From: Macrostomum lignano
Lineage: Eukaryota
NCBI GenBank assembly: GCA_002269645.1
Contig: NIVC01000337.1
Location: forward strand, 1-64,000
DNA length: 64,000 nucleotides
Direction: 5' to 3'
The notes under the pieces were generated by a model. It made no database searches, was not told the DNA's origin, and saw nothing but the letters and a program-made list of their open reading frames with translations. The stretch's first letter is position 1. Each line of letters begins with the position of its first letter. Positions 31,525 through 46,400 of the stretch are shown here, piece after piece. Both the position numbers and the translations under genes were made by a program.

Positions 31525-34440
31525 TTTATACTAATTTTATTTACTGTTAATTTTAAAGAAGCAAAAAGTTTATCATTGACTTTCTAGACAATACAAATAT
31601 CCTTTATTTTACGTAAAATTGTTAATTTGCATTACAATTTTCATGCATGTCAGGGACCTTATGCGCCACAATTATGTACCGCATGCGCCAAGGACCTCAG
31701 TGTGCGCCATGATTGTGCCCCAAGTGCGCCAAGGACCCCTTGTGTGCGCTGGAATTTTCCATGGCAAAGGCCACCTGCGTGACTATGGGTGCCAAGCAAA
31801 TGCATGCCAAACTAATATGTATAGAAAAAACATACAACTTTTTATATTTAAATAATACACTTCAGAAAATAGTCTAACATTTTTAAAAACTTTTGTAGGC
31901 CTAGTATACAACCGTGTTTCTTTTGGCACATTAACATTTACTGGTCATTTTGCAATAAAAAAAGGTATGAATTCTTGTCTTTACAAAATCATGTCTTTTT
32001 ATGAACTTTTGTCTCAACAAAACATGCCAGATCATCTAGTGCATTATTGACAGCTTATAAGTCACTAGACACTCAATCTCAATACAATGTAACTGAATCA
32101 TTCAAAAATTATAACAACTTCCTGACACTAAATTTTAAACACAAAAAGGATTAAAACAAAAGCTTCATCATAATAAACTTCTATATACCACCAATCTCTT
32201 CAAAATATTACGACTAAGAAAATTGAGAACAGTTAACAACTATCCTAGATGCACTGTGCAGTGTGCACATCACTCAGAGGGAAACATCTTCCTTATTGGA
32301 GACTTCACTGCTCCTATAAACAATACCTCTTACATAGATTTAAATACAATAAATACCACTAGAGCAAAAAATCTCACTCACTAGGCAAAGCCAAGACAAG
32401 AAAAACAAGAGTTTTCCTATCTGAACTCTCGGTTTATTTCCAAAACTAATTAAGTGCATTTTCTGCGAAATCGTTGTTCCTTTTGATTTTCTTTTTTTCT
32501 TTGAATACAGAAAATAAAATTTTAAAATATATACTTTTATTTATTACACATTTTTTAGTAATTAATACAGCTAGTATTTGCAGCTAGTAAAATTAATTTT
32601 TTAAGTACTTTAGGCTTTGTTATACTATGCATTGCTTTAGTAGGCTTTTCAACGAAGATCTGTTCTAGAACCTACCGGAATAATTCCAATTCCAGAGCCA
32701 GAATCGGTAGTAAAATGAAAAGCTTCGAACCCATTGTATGTTTTTCAGTCTTTACAGATTAATTTTGTTTTTCCTTGACTTTGTTTCCTCTTGGATATGA
32801 CAAAAAAACGGAATAATTATATACCAATAATAAAAAATTGACGATTTCAAATATATTTTACTGTTAAGGTGTAAACATGACAACGGATCGAGAAAATTTT
32901 TCAATCCAAATTCCAAAACCAGAACACGGTTCTGGAACCGATTCTGAAAACGGAACAGACAATTTGAAAAGCTTCGAACCGATTCTGGTTCTGGAATAGG
33001 TAATATGAAAAGCCTATAGAATTTATTTGAAATCACGGCGATAACTTTTAAATAGATCGATCTTGTCGTCATGCTTCCGGCAAAACCCACTAAGTCGTCC
33101 TTTTTTGCCCTTTTATAGCGAAATGTGTATTCTATCAATTCCCATCTAAACCAGAATCGATTCGAAGGACGAGAGAGGATAAAATTCATGCACAATATCT
33201 GCTTAGCTATAAGAACACTAACCATGCATATTTGTTACACCATGACTCATAGATGGCTGGATCAGAGAGCAGTGTTGAATTATTGACTAAGTTCAGCTTT
33301 TCTATCGTAACTGTCATTAACTTTCTCACCCTGGAACCCTGCACAAGAAACCCTTGTGTACAACAGTCGTGTACTTTACATTACAATTGTGCAATATGAT
33401 ACAGTACCGGTAGGGGTCACTGCGAGTACATATGCAAAGTATATTTACAGTACATGCTATTTATGTTTGCCACTATTGCAGTGCTGAAAATAATTTTATC
33501 GATTTCTTAAAATCGTAAGAAATGGAAGTAAATTCAATCAATCGAAGACGCATTAGTCCGTATATTGATGTGAAATGCAGGCAATAAAAAGCCTGCTCAC
33601 GACCCCTTTTCATGTCAAGGTCTAACAATAAGGAATTAAGAGCTAATTATCAATTCTTCATACATTCTCAGATTTATTTTGCATTCTTATACTAAGATTG
33701 CGCTTATTAGCAGGAGTTTGAATCGCTGCCACACAGCGTAGTCCAGTAGCACAGCAAAGTCCGACTAAAACAAAAAAACGAATCGCGCCGTTCACCGAAA
33801 AAAAAGAAAAGATGTCAATAGCATCAGGCATGCTTTTTTTTCTGCTATAATTTTAAAACAGCAAGTGTCATTCGATTAGTCTGATTCGAAAATTCTCAAA
33901 AAACGATTCTTATTTGTATAGATCAGCACACAAGTATGAAATAGGGGTGGATTTCATCAAACAGCCGAATTAGCACGGTTGAGTGCAGCAATCTGAGCAA
34001 GGGGTCTCATTGTTAGATTGCAAGTAATGGTACAAGTGCCAATGCTGGGGATAGGTTTTTGTTCTCACTCTTATAGTCAAGTTTTAGTAGCTCGTAATAA
34101 TCAGTGTTATTTAAGGACAACGCATATTAGGCAGAGTTTTCTTAGGTTAATGAATGTACAATACAGATACAAGATACAAGAGTACAGGTACATGAAATAG
34201 TGCTAATAAATTTCTGGATTAAATCAGGAGAGATAAAGAAATGGAAACCAGTTTTTCTTATCCGCAACTGGCTACTGACAGTAGGCAGCCAAGACTAATA
34301 ATAAGAGTGTCAATATAAGCCTACTAACAGTAGCCCAAAGCGCCTATTAACTGTATTAGCCCAGTAAATCAGTGCAGGTGACAGGATAAGAGTATTCATT
34401 GCCGGGATTCGCAATCGTAGATAGGGATAACAACTCCAGA

Positions 34441-37400
34441 TTAGGGAGAGTCGGTAGAAAGCAGGTCCTCGGGCAGCACAACCGGCAGGCTCTTCTGTGT
34501 GCGGCAGGCGGCCTCGCCGGCCAGTCGGTAGGTCAGGCTAAAGGCCAGGCTCTTCTCGGCCGGGTCCAGCACCAGTAGGCACTGGGTGATGGGGGCGGCG
34601 GCCGGCAGCATGGGGGAGCTAGCCGGCAGGCTGGTGCCGCTGGGAGCCTGGGTCAGCACCGAGTCGGGGGCGCGCCGGCAGGTCACAGTTAGGGCGACGT
34701 CTTGGCAGGCCTGCGGCGCGTGAGGCGGAGTTATAAATTTGACTGGAGTCTTGGATTTGAAGACCTTAATGCATTTGAAGAATTCTAAGTATTTGGGTCT
34801 TGAACGCGGAGTCTTGCTTTGGGATTTGAAGGCCTATTCATGAATTTGGATTTGAAGGCCTATCCATGACTTGAGATTTGAAGGACTATCCATGACTTGG
34901 GATTTGAAGGCCTATCCATGACTTGGGATTTGAAGGCCTATCATGACTTGAGATTTGAAGGCCTATCATAACTTGGGATTTGAAGGCCTATCATGACTTG
35001 GGATTTGAAGGCCTATCATGACTTGAGATTTAAAGGCCTATCCATGACTTGGGATTTGAAGGACTATCCATGACTTGAGATTTGAAGGCCTATCATGACT
35101 TGGGATTTGAAGGCCTATTCATGACTTGGGATTTGAAGGCCTATCATGACTTGAGATTTGAAGGCCTATCATAACTTGGGATTTGAAGGCCTATCATGAC
35201 TTGAGATTTGAAGGCCTATCATGACTTGAGATTTGAAGGCCTATCATGACTTGAGATTTGAAGGCCTATCATAACTTGGGATTTGAAGGCCTATCATGAC
35301 TTGAGATTTGAAGGCCTATCATGACTTGAGATTTGAAGGCCTATTCATGACTTGGGATTTGAAGGCCTATCATGACTTGGGATTTAAAGGCCTATCCATG
35401 ACTTGGGATTTGAAGGCCTATCCATGACTTGGGATTTGAAGACCTATCATAACTTGGGATTTGAAGGCCTATCATGACTTGAGATTTAAAGGCCTATCCA
35501 TGACTTGGGATTTGAAGGCCTATCCATGACTTGGGGTTTGAAGACCTATTCATGAATTTGGATTTAAAGGCCAAATCTTCCTTTTGGAATTGAATGCCTA
35601 ATCAATCATGATTTGGGGTTTGAAGGCTGAGTCTTACTTTAAGATTTAAAGGCTGGGTAATGATTTGGGATCTGAAGGGCGAGTCTTACTTTGGGATTTG
35701 AAGGCCGAATTCTGATATGAACTAGCTAGTGATGGTTTCATAAAGATTTCATAATCATAAGGATTTCGCAACTTTAAGTTTCCAAGAACACCTTAATGGA
35801 TTCGAGGGTTTTGAGTAAATTAAACAGGCTAAGCGCGTTAGTCTCCCTTACCTGTCCCAGTGTAGAAGCCACTGCGCACAGGAGCGCTGCAACGCCAGGC
35901 GCAGGCGCACAGTCTGGCTCGGCGAAGTGCAGCATGACGGTCACGTGACCGGCGCCGGGGCCAGCCGGCTCGCTTTGAATGACGGGCTGAGGCGAGTAGG
36001 ACGGGTGCGGCCGGAGGGAGGCCACAGAGACCGGGGGCAGGCTGGAGAGTCGGCTGCAGCGGAGGTGCAGGGGGGAGTGGCGAATGAGCGACGGAAATGG
36101 CATCCCTATCTCGGAAATGGCATCTCTATCTTGGAAATGGCATCCCTATCTCGGAAATGGCATCCCAATTTTGGAAATGGCATTCCTATCTCGGAAATGG
36201 CATTCCTATCTCGGAAATGGCATCTAAATCTCGGAAATGGCATCCCAATTTTGGAAATGGCATTCCTATCTCGGAAATGGCATTCCTATCTCGGAAATGG
36301 CATTCCTATCTCGGAAATGGCATTCCTATCTCGGAAATGGCATCTAAATCTCGGAAATGGCATCCCAATTTTGGAAATGGCATTCCTATCTCGGAAATGG
36401 CATCTAAAGCTCGGAAATTGCATCTAAATCTCGGAAATGGCATCTAAATCTCGGAAATGGCATCTAAACCTCGGAAATGGCATCTAAATCTAGGAAATAG
36501 CATCCTTATCTCGGAAATGGCATCCCTATCTCGGAAATGACATCCCTGTCTCGAAAATGGCATCCCTATCTCGGAAATGGCATCCCTATCTTGGAAATGG
36601 CATCCCTATCTTTGAAATGGCATCCCTATCTTCGAAATGGCATCCCTATCTTCGAAATGGCATCCCTATCTCGGAAATGGCATCCCTATCTCGGAAATGG
36701 CATCCCTATCTTGGAAATGACATCCCTATCTTCGAAATGGCATCCCTATCTCGGAAATGGCATCCCTATCTTGGAAATGACATCCCTATCTTCGAAATGG
36801 CATCCCTATCTTGGAAATCAAGCTCATCTACCTGTCAACCGCACTGGCGGGAGCGGCAGCAGCCGCAGCTTCAGGCTTCCCATTAGGCGCCGTCACGCCA
36901 GCAGCCTTCGCGGCTGAGTTGCTTGCCGATGCCAACAGAGCAACCGACGCCGAGTCAGCAGCGGCAGCGGCTGCCGGCGTCTTCTTGGGACTCTGCCGCA
37001 TCAGGAAGTCCTTGCCGAGCTGGTCCAGTCCTTTGAACACGGCGCTCTCCGCCGCCGAGGCACCGGTGGAGCCGCTGGTAGACTGCAGCTGCGTGCCAGC
37101 CGACGGCTTGCTGGGGTTCAGCGCCAGGTTCGGCACCGCGGAGGACGCGGCCGGCTTGACGGAGGCGCCGCCGCCGCCACCACCTTTCATCGGCACCATC
37201 GGGGCGATGCCAACCCGCTGAACTGGTGGAGCAACCGACGAGGCAGACGAGAACAGGTCGCTCAACAGGTCGATGTCGCCGCTGCTGCCGCCTCCGCCTG
37301 TCGACGCTGTCGCTGTTGATGCCGTAGGTGCTGTCGTATTAAAAATCGACGAAGAAATTGTTGCGGCCAACGCGGACGAGGCCGGAGTGGCCGAATAAGC

Positions 37401-40400
37401 AGGCGGAAGGTCGGGCAGGTCGAGGATGCTGCCGGCCGCGGGAGCGGCGCTGGACGCAGTGGACGACGTCGAAGGCCCGTAGCTGAGTGGGTCGAACGGG
37501 TCGAAGGCCATGTCGCCGATCAGCAGGCCGCCGCCACCGCTGGAGGAGCTTGTCGGCGAGACTGCCGATGCTGCAGGTGCAGAGCCAGCGGCAGCCGACG
37601 AAGAAAAACCGCTGCTGGGCGCCTGCGGCGCCGACGCCTCTCTGAGCTGATCCTCGCCAATGAGCTCAGTGCATCGTTTGAGTACCTCGGCGGCCAGATC
37701 GTTGACGGCCAGCACCTCCTTCATGGACTCCTCGTCCGTGTTCTCCGTCTCTCCGGCCAGCCTGTAGAGCCTCGGCCGGGCCTCCCGCAGAGTCCGGTGC
37801 AGCTCGCGGATGATCTCCACATCGCTCTGAACAGCCTCGGTAGGCCTGTAGTGGTTGAGCATCTCGCTGAGCAGTTGGGCATTGTTGCGGACCGTCTCCA
37901 GCTCCCCTAGCCGCTTGGATAGCCGGTCCATGCGCTCGTTGTCCTGCTTCACTGCGGATTTGATCAGCCGGTTGGCGGCCATCAGGTCCTCGGGCCGCTT
38001 GGACCTGGCCGGGTGGAGCAACTTTGGCTTTTAATAATGCTGCGAATGACCCGTGCCTTCATGATGCTCAATAGGATGCTCCTTCTAAATCCCTGATCCC
38101 CTCAATAGGATGCTCATTGTAAATCCCTGATCCCCTCAATAGGATGCTCCTTCTACATCCCTGATCCCCTACCTCAATGGGAGGCTCCTTCTAAATCCCT
38201 GATCCCCTCCCCTCGACAGGATGCTCCTTCTAAATCCCTGATCCCCTACCTCAATGGGATGCTCCTTCTAAATCCCTGATCCCACTAATAGGATGCTCCT
38301 TCTAAATCCCTGATCCCCCTAGAGGGAGTCTTTTTCCCCTTTTCAATTTAGTTTAAAAATCTCACTAAGCTAAAAAAGCAACAGTTTCTCACTTGAGCAG
38401 CCTGCTAATCTCTTGAGCAGTTTTCTCGTCGTTAAATATAGCAGTGTCCTTCTCGCGCTTCAACGGTAGATAGGGATTTGAGCGCAGAGTCTGGTCGATG
38501 TACACCGGGTCCCTGGAGATGATGCCCTGCTTCTTCAGCATGTCGTAGGCCTCGCGAATCTTCGGCTCCGTGTAAAGGCCGCGGGACCAGCCGTAGAGGC
38601 ACTCGATGCAGCGCTTCTTCACCGCCTCGCTGGACGTGGCGCCCAGGTACTTCGGGGACAGGATCTTGATGATCTGGGAGGGGCGGTTGAGAGACGGGCG
38701 GGTCAGATAGTGGCACTCAGTGTAGGGAAAATGGCAGTCAGTGTAGGGGAGATAGTGGCACTCAGTGCAGTGGAGATAGTGGCACTCAGTGCAGGGGAGA
38801 TAGTGGCACTCAGTGTAGTGGAGATAGTGGCACTCGTTGTAGGGAAAATGGCGGACAGTGCAGGGGAGATAGTGGCACTCAGTGTAGTGGAGATAGTGGC
38901 ACTCGGTGTAGGGAAAATGGCGGACAGTGCAGGGGAGATAGTGGCACTCAGTGTAGGGAAAATGGCACTCAGTGCAGGGGAGATAGTGGCACTCAGTGCA
39001 GTGGAGATAGTGGCACTCAGTGCAGTGGAGATAGTGGCACTCAGTGTAACAAGTAACAGTAAGCTGGCATACCTCATTAAGAAAGCGGAATTTCCCCAGC
39101 TCCTGGTGAAACACGGGGCCGCAGTTGCGCACGCAAGCCTCGGTGACAGCCAGAGCGTAGAGAGCCTCATTCTCTTGCGGGCTGTGGATCTTGTGAGCCA
39201 ATAAGCGCAGAGCAATCTGCGGGCCTTCCAGCTCTTTGCTGACTTGCTGACTAAATTTGTTCACAGCGTCCCAGTTGATTTCTCGATTAGTTGGGTCAGT
39301 GGCTCGGTCTGTGAAGGTTATTTAAATTAAATGGTATTTATATATAGTATGAAAAATGAAAGTATTTGCATTTGATAGATTTCAGACATTTTTTATTCAA
39401 GATTTGTTTCAGGTATTCAAGCAAAGAAGTACAATCGAAAAAGATAGCAAAATATAAGTCACACTTAGGGAATCCCTTATTATCCTAACAGTGTTTTGTA
39501 TACTATGATCTTATTAATTTTTGGTACAATGGTATTAGACAATGCATATTAGCATTCCTTTTCAATAAAGTTTGTTTTATTTATTATTTATCCTGTACTT
39601 TAATTCAAATATGCTTTCCAAGAAAATTTTAATCATTCTCAAAGACATGCAATGTCTATCAATTTTTTTCTATCAAAGGTCATGCAGTGGCTAGAGTTTT
39701 AAGGCACCTCTTTGCCACAGAAATCTAAATGTACATTCACATGTACAGTAGTAGTATCAATTGATAGTACTTCTATTCTGATGTACATTTTCTGCAGTGC
39801 ACTTAACTGACAATGCACATCTAATACTTAAGTTCAAATCATATATTATGCTGTTAAAGGGGATAGGGGTTGGTCTAATAGATGGCTTATATCTAAAGCC
39901 TTGGTTGTGATAAAAATTAGACTTAACAGGATTTGTTGTTAAATTTGCCTAGATTGTTGCCAGATTAGCTTTTGCCAAATTTGTCCATATTAAATTTCTA
40001 TTGTTGAATTTGTTTATTGCAAAATTTGCATGCATTTCATGTTCTGGATCTGAGAATTGTTGAATAAGAAAAACAATTTGTTGATATTTTTATCTCTAAA
40101 ATTTTTTAATACAATAGTTTTAGTTACACTGGTTTGAAATCAAGCCTATTATTCTTTCTGTAAAAAATATATATACATCATATAATAGTTTATTAGAGTG
40201 ATGGAACCTATAGCATTTAACCAATATTAATAGAAATGTTAACCTATAGCATTTAACCAATATTAATAGAAATGTTAACCTATAGCATTTAACCAATATT
40301 AATAGAAATGTTAACCTATAGCATTTAACCAATATTAATAGAAATGTTAACCTATAGCATTTAACCAATATTAATAGAAATGTTAACCTATAGCATTTAA

Positions 40401-43400
40401 CCAATATTAATAGAAATGTTAACCTATAGCATTTAACCAATATTAATAGAAATGTTAACCTATAGCGGGTCGTTCTCAAATTCTGGGAGGAGCGAAAATT
40501 TTAACAATTTTCGGAACATTTACTATTGTTACTGCCGTATTGAAAATAATAGGACACTTTCATCTGTGAATAAAGATAATTTTTGGGTTGAAATTTATGT
40601 TGCAAAAGTGTTTTAAGTTGTCTTGCGGTATTAGGCGATATTAGGTGATGAAAAAATTCAAATTCAATCACTTCACCGATGTCCTAATTTTTGACACTAT
40701 GATGTCTGTAGCTAAAAAAAGTTGTTGTTGAGTTGAAAACTTGCTATATTACATTTAAAATGAAAGCTTATATAAATTTAATTTAAGATTTTTTTTAAAG
40801 CTTAATAAACTGCACTATAAATGATTTTATAGACGCTTAACTGTACGCCTAGCATTTCCGGTGGGATAGCCTCTTTGCGTCTCACAAAATGTATTTTTTC
40901 AGCTGACGTCTAGAATGTGCGCTTAAAATGATACATTTTGATGCAGATAATTAGAAAAACATGTCTTATTATCTTTTTGTAAAAAAATTGTTATGAAATA
41001 GAGCACTATTGTTGATAAAAATAATTAAAAGCAACCATGCATCGCAATAAACTCCTACTTTGAAGCACAAAATAAATATCCTGTAACCACACTAGCATTC
41101 TCCATGGAGCACCTTTTGAGCTGAAATTTTACACAGATATCCAGTAAAGTAAACTGAGCAAATGATTTTTTTTGTTTTTGAAAATACTTCAATTTGGCTA
41201 TGTATCAGTTAGTTCATTGGACATATTTATTATATTTTTATTAGAATCCTTGTAACCAAGCTACAGAGAAACATGTGCAAAACTGGACCTTGAAATTTGA
41301 CCTGAATGATCAGCAAATGTGTATCTCGAAATGATTTTTTTTGTTTTCATCAAGTCATTCTATGCTAATTTTTTCTGAAGGGAAAGATACCATGTATTTA
41401 GAGTCAATAGGGGAAGCATTTAGACTTATTCAATAGTCATTAAAATTGCAACTATATTATTATAATATAGTAATAATATTATACATGTATTATATAATAA
41501 TATTAACTTCTAAGATGCCCTTATAAATTTAAGTAAAGACAACAGGCCTTAATTAATTAATCAGCATTTTGAAGAAACTGACCTTATACAGATGGGCCCC
41601 AAGCTAAGAAATGAATGTAGAGCTTATTTCGTGTAAGGTATAAAAATCAATTTATTATAATATTAAATACTCCTAATAAATTGGTTAAATTAGTTATTTA
41701 CCTTGAATTAATTTAATTTAATAATTAAATATATAAATTTGTTTCACTTCTTACTGCATTTAAATAGAGTACCTCTCTACTATACTATAGAAGTATAGTA
41801 AAAGTATATGGTAAAAAAGTATAGTAAAAAATTTTCTTTGGTTTAATCCCAGCTTGCCTCAGTTTTTTAGTCTTAATACGAGCTAGATAGTAAGTGTTGA
41901 TTAATTTGCTCCATCACCTTTTGCCACGGAAACAGCACATGTCGGACATGCAACACTCTTCCTGATCCCTGGATTCAAGATGACTGCTTCTGCTTCTTCA
42001 ATGCTTGAAAACTGAGCTCATGGAGCTTTAGGTTATGCTGTCAGAGTGCTGCTGCCGGTGCTGTGTGTGTATGTGTGTGTCTTCTGTGGGTAGGTTCCCT
42101 GTCCCTCAGTTTAGCCACTGTTGTGGGCTAACTGGAGGAATTGCCGTTGTCGGTGCTGCAGGTGGCACTGCATGGTAGTATTGACGCTGTCAGTGACGCT
42201 GGCAAAGGCTTGGACGAAGCTAGGTGCCGTCATTGTCAGGAGGACATGCGTGTGCTGCTTAGACCAGTGCGCACATTCGACTGGACTCGTATCTGGTGCA
42301 GTCTGGTGTATTCACTGAGATTGTGTGGATCTGCCTCCTCGCATCACCTCAACCAGGCTCAATTTCTTTTGTAGAATTTTCGTGCGCTGCTTAACTGCAT
42401 CTTGTGCCTGCTGAGTGATGCCAAGAATTGTGCCACACAATAATTTGGCCCATAAACTACTCGTATATTATACATATGTATGCACAGCACACACACATGC
42501 AGTTCATTCACATTAAACGTACTAGTTAATGGAATTCTCATCTCATGAGCTCTAGTCTATGGACAAACCTGAAATTACTAGAATATCTAGACAGATCTAA
42601 ACTTCTTTGAGCAGCGCGCTGCGCTGCGAGCAAATACATGTAGATTCCTTAGCGCAACTAATTAATAGTGTAGTACAGTCTACAGCCTGAAGTAGCCTGT
42701 GTAAGATGCGGAGGGATGATTTTTGCATAGGAAGCCACTACGGTAAGGTTGATGGAACTATGGGGAGGTGAGAGATTCAAAGCGAGGGACGGAAGCCATG
42801 CATAGTTCGATCATAAGTTTGATTATTGCATGAGTCTGGGGATGCATTAACAAGAGGCAGACGAGAGCATAGAAATAAAGCGGGCTAAATATATTAATAC
42901 ACAAAATTACATGTACTAGCTAGTAATTTCAGAATGGTCAGCGACTCCTCCGATTTGTATCCGCGACCGCGTGCCCACAAATCCCCCGGCAGACCCTGTC
43001 GCAGTTGGTGGTTGTGCACAGAATACAATGTTAATTTTCGAGCTTCTCTGCAAAAAATGCGTGATGCACTCAAGATGCGTGCTATAGTCTACTTCTTTGA
43101 TTGATGGCTGGGTTTTGCCTTTTCGCTTGTGATCATCAAAAGCTTGGGCGTCATTGCTACTGGTGTTTCAGTGTGCGCATTATGTCTGGTTATCATATTA
43201 TGTGCATGTGCAGTGTCTTTTACCTACATTTTTGTTTGTCTCTGTTTCCTGCATGCTCTTTCGCATTTTTACACCTCGCACATCCTCATTTTTCTCAATT
43301 AACAAGTGAAATCTTTTCTTAAAGACTAATTGCTATTTTAGTTAAGCTAGTAGGTTTTTGGTAATTAAATAATTCAATTTTGTCTATTTTCCAAAAAGTT

Positions 43401-46400
43401 TCAAAAAATGAATTAATTAAAATAAATTTGAATTATTTTAAGTTAATTGGAGTAAAATGTCTAATAAGTAACTATGATTTTTTATTTTAAGTACATGTAG
43501 CTTTGGTATAAGTATTAATGTAATGAGTACTTAAAGTAAAATCAAGCAAGTTATAGTTTTCAGAAATTATGCTACAAATAATCAAATATATACTAGTATC
43601 TGAATTCCTTTATTAAGGAACATGCAGTCGATATTAAATCCACAATGTGCTTTTTGGTGTTCAAGGATAGTTCCCTGACTTTTTCTATTATTAGTTAGAT
43701 TTTATTATATTTAATGTAAAAATGAACAATTCTATTCAAGGTAAAAATGAACATTCTTTATTTGTCGAATCATCTTGCCTTTGAAAAGATACATAGTGAA
43801 AACTTGATTTTTAATTCAACCTTTCAAGACTTATTTAGACTTCTCAATTCAGTGATTAGTTAAACTGATCGAAGTTCTTTCGACTGCATGCTATAATAAT
43901 TTCGCACTTTTTCGCACACGATAATTTTAAATGTCAGGGATTTAGAGCAGAGTAACAAAATGCTGTGCTCAAAAACATTTCCTTTGTCAATTTCTTGTTC
44001 TTTTATTTTTGCAAAAGAAATTTAACTGCATATTTAAAATAAAAATGAAAGAAAATTTTATTTTCTCTTTAATATTTTTGTCGTTTATTTTCCGCAACAA
44101 AGAATAACAAATAGCCTTGATTTCTTCTCAATTTCAAGTTTTCTTGTGGTTTTAGTAGCAGCTTCTTACAGAAATTGTCAAAAGAATTTTTTTGTACGAT
44201 TATTGGTCGATGTATAAACTTTTTTTGCAATAACAAAAAGTTGTGACCTAGCTTTGAGAACGACCCTAGCATTTAACCAATATTAATAGAAATGTTAACC
44301 TATAGCATTTAACCAATATTAATAGAAATGTTAACCTATAGCATTTAACCAATATTAATAGAAATGTTAACCTATAGCATTTAACCAATATTAATAGAAA
44401 TGTTAACCTATAGCATTTAACCAATATTAATAGAAATGTTCACCTATAGCATTTAACCAATATTAATAGAAATGTTAAGCAGCTCCCCACCCTACTCCCT
44501 ATTTTATCCTACTCACTCCATTCTCAACCCCAATTTCCTAGCAGATAGTTTTTAAATAAACTTTTTGTCTGTTTAGTAGACAAACAAATAGAAAAAATGA
44601 ATTAGAAACCTATAAACCTGCCACTATCAGGGTGTGCAGTGTACACTAGAGTTTTGGACAAAAGATTAGGTATAGGTATATGCAAAGTACACCAAAAAAT
44701 GTCAAAGGGGTACTGTTCTATCTTTATGAATGCTCTCATAAAATGCTACAAAAGTTATAACAAGGCAAATTTTGTCCTTGTTCTCTACAAATTATTCTAA
44801 TATTGGTAGCTGCCACCAAGACTATTCTATTATTAAATTATTTTTCCTACATTAAGTCTGAGAATGTTTCTTAGAATTAATCTGAGTATATATCTGAGTA
44901 CTTTATCTTAGCATAAGTCTGAGTATTTGGTTTGTGAATTATTATTAGAATACTATTTAGCCCTTACAAGTATCATTCTTGTGTTATTCTAGTAGAGTTT
45001 ACTGTCATTCTAGTTGCCTTCACTAGTAATTTGGCCTGAGTGGTATACTGGTCTACTGTTATATGTACTTTCTGTATTCCAATCCTGGGTGTTACCAAGA
45101 TCAGAGGGTCATAGCCTCTGTAGTTTTCTATGTACTGCTAGGATCTACTTTGTCTCTTTCTACTACTTCTATTTCTCAGTAGTATGTACTGTATATGCTC
45201 TCTACCATTTCACTTCTCTTCTGCAAATGAATAACTTGGAAAACAACTTCATTTATATTTGCTTAGAATACTCCTTTCAACTTCTTAACTGTATTATATT
45301 GCTTGAACTGCGGGAGGTGAGTTGATCTTCAACTACCAAAACTCACTTCTATTAATACTATATTTTTGTATCATTTTAAACAAATAATTAAATTGTCAAA
45401 ATATTGTGCTAGGCCTATGCTCACTCTGTCTTCCTTATTGTTAGCCTTTGCCTAGTCACTTATCTTATGAGCTGCTACCAAAGTTGTCCTAGGGGTTACT
45501 TCTGTCTCTAATAATAATTTCACACTGTCACCAAAAGCTGTCACAGGGCTAATTTACTAATCTCTTAAGTGTTCTTCTTAGGTTGGTAGCAACCACCAAG
45601 ATTATTTGATTAATAAATTATGAGTTTATCAATATTAGAATAATCTGAGAAATGTTTCTTAGAATAGGTCTAAGTATAAGTCTATAAGTATCAGTCTAAG
45701 TATAAGTCTAAGAATAAGTCTAGGTATATGTCTAAGGATTAGTCTAAGTATCTACTTCTATTGGTAGCATTCTTAATATATGTATTGGTAGCATTCTTAG
45801 TATATGTATTGGTAGCATTCTTAGTATATGTATTGGTAGCATTCTTAGTATATGTATTGGTAGCATTCTTAGTATATGTATTGGTAGCATTTTTAGTATA
45901 TGTATTGGTAGCATTTTTAGTATATGTATTGGTAGCATTCTTAGTATATGTATTGGTAGCATTCTTAGTATATGTATTGGTAGCATTCTTAGTATATGTA
46001 TTGGTAGCGTTCTTAGTATATGTATTGGTAGCATTCTTAGTATATGTATTGGTAGCATTCTTAGTATATGTATTGGTAGCATTTTTAGTATATGTATTGG
46101 TAGCATTTTTAGTATATGCTGAGTGGTCTACTATTGGCCTGGAATGTATTTCTCAGAATGATCTTCCTTGTAATTCTTTTGCAGTTATTAAGTATCTGAT
46201 CGTCTAGTCCAGTCCTTTAGGCGTTCCCGAGATTAGAGGGTCACAGCCTTCTTAATACTGCATATGTATTCCTGAGATCTACTTTGTTTCACTTGAATCT
46301 CCTTGGTATTCTGCGTATCAATAGTATCTGTGGTATGATTAACTTCCACTTCACTCTTCAAATCGAAAAATTTACTAAGTCTTGAAAAGATTTCTAAGTA

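Noticed and set aside
32680-33005. Inverted TTCCAGAGCCAGAATCGGT motifs (possible MITE)
   Set aside because: Boundaries and TSD could not be defined.
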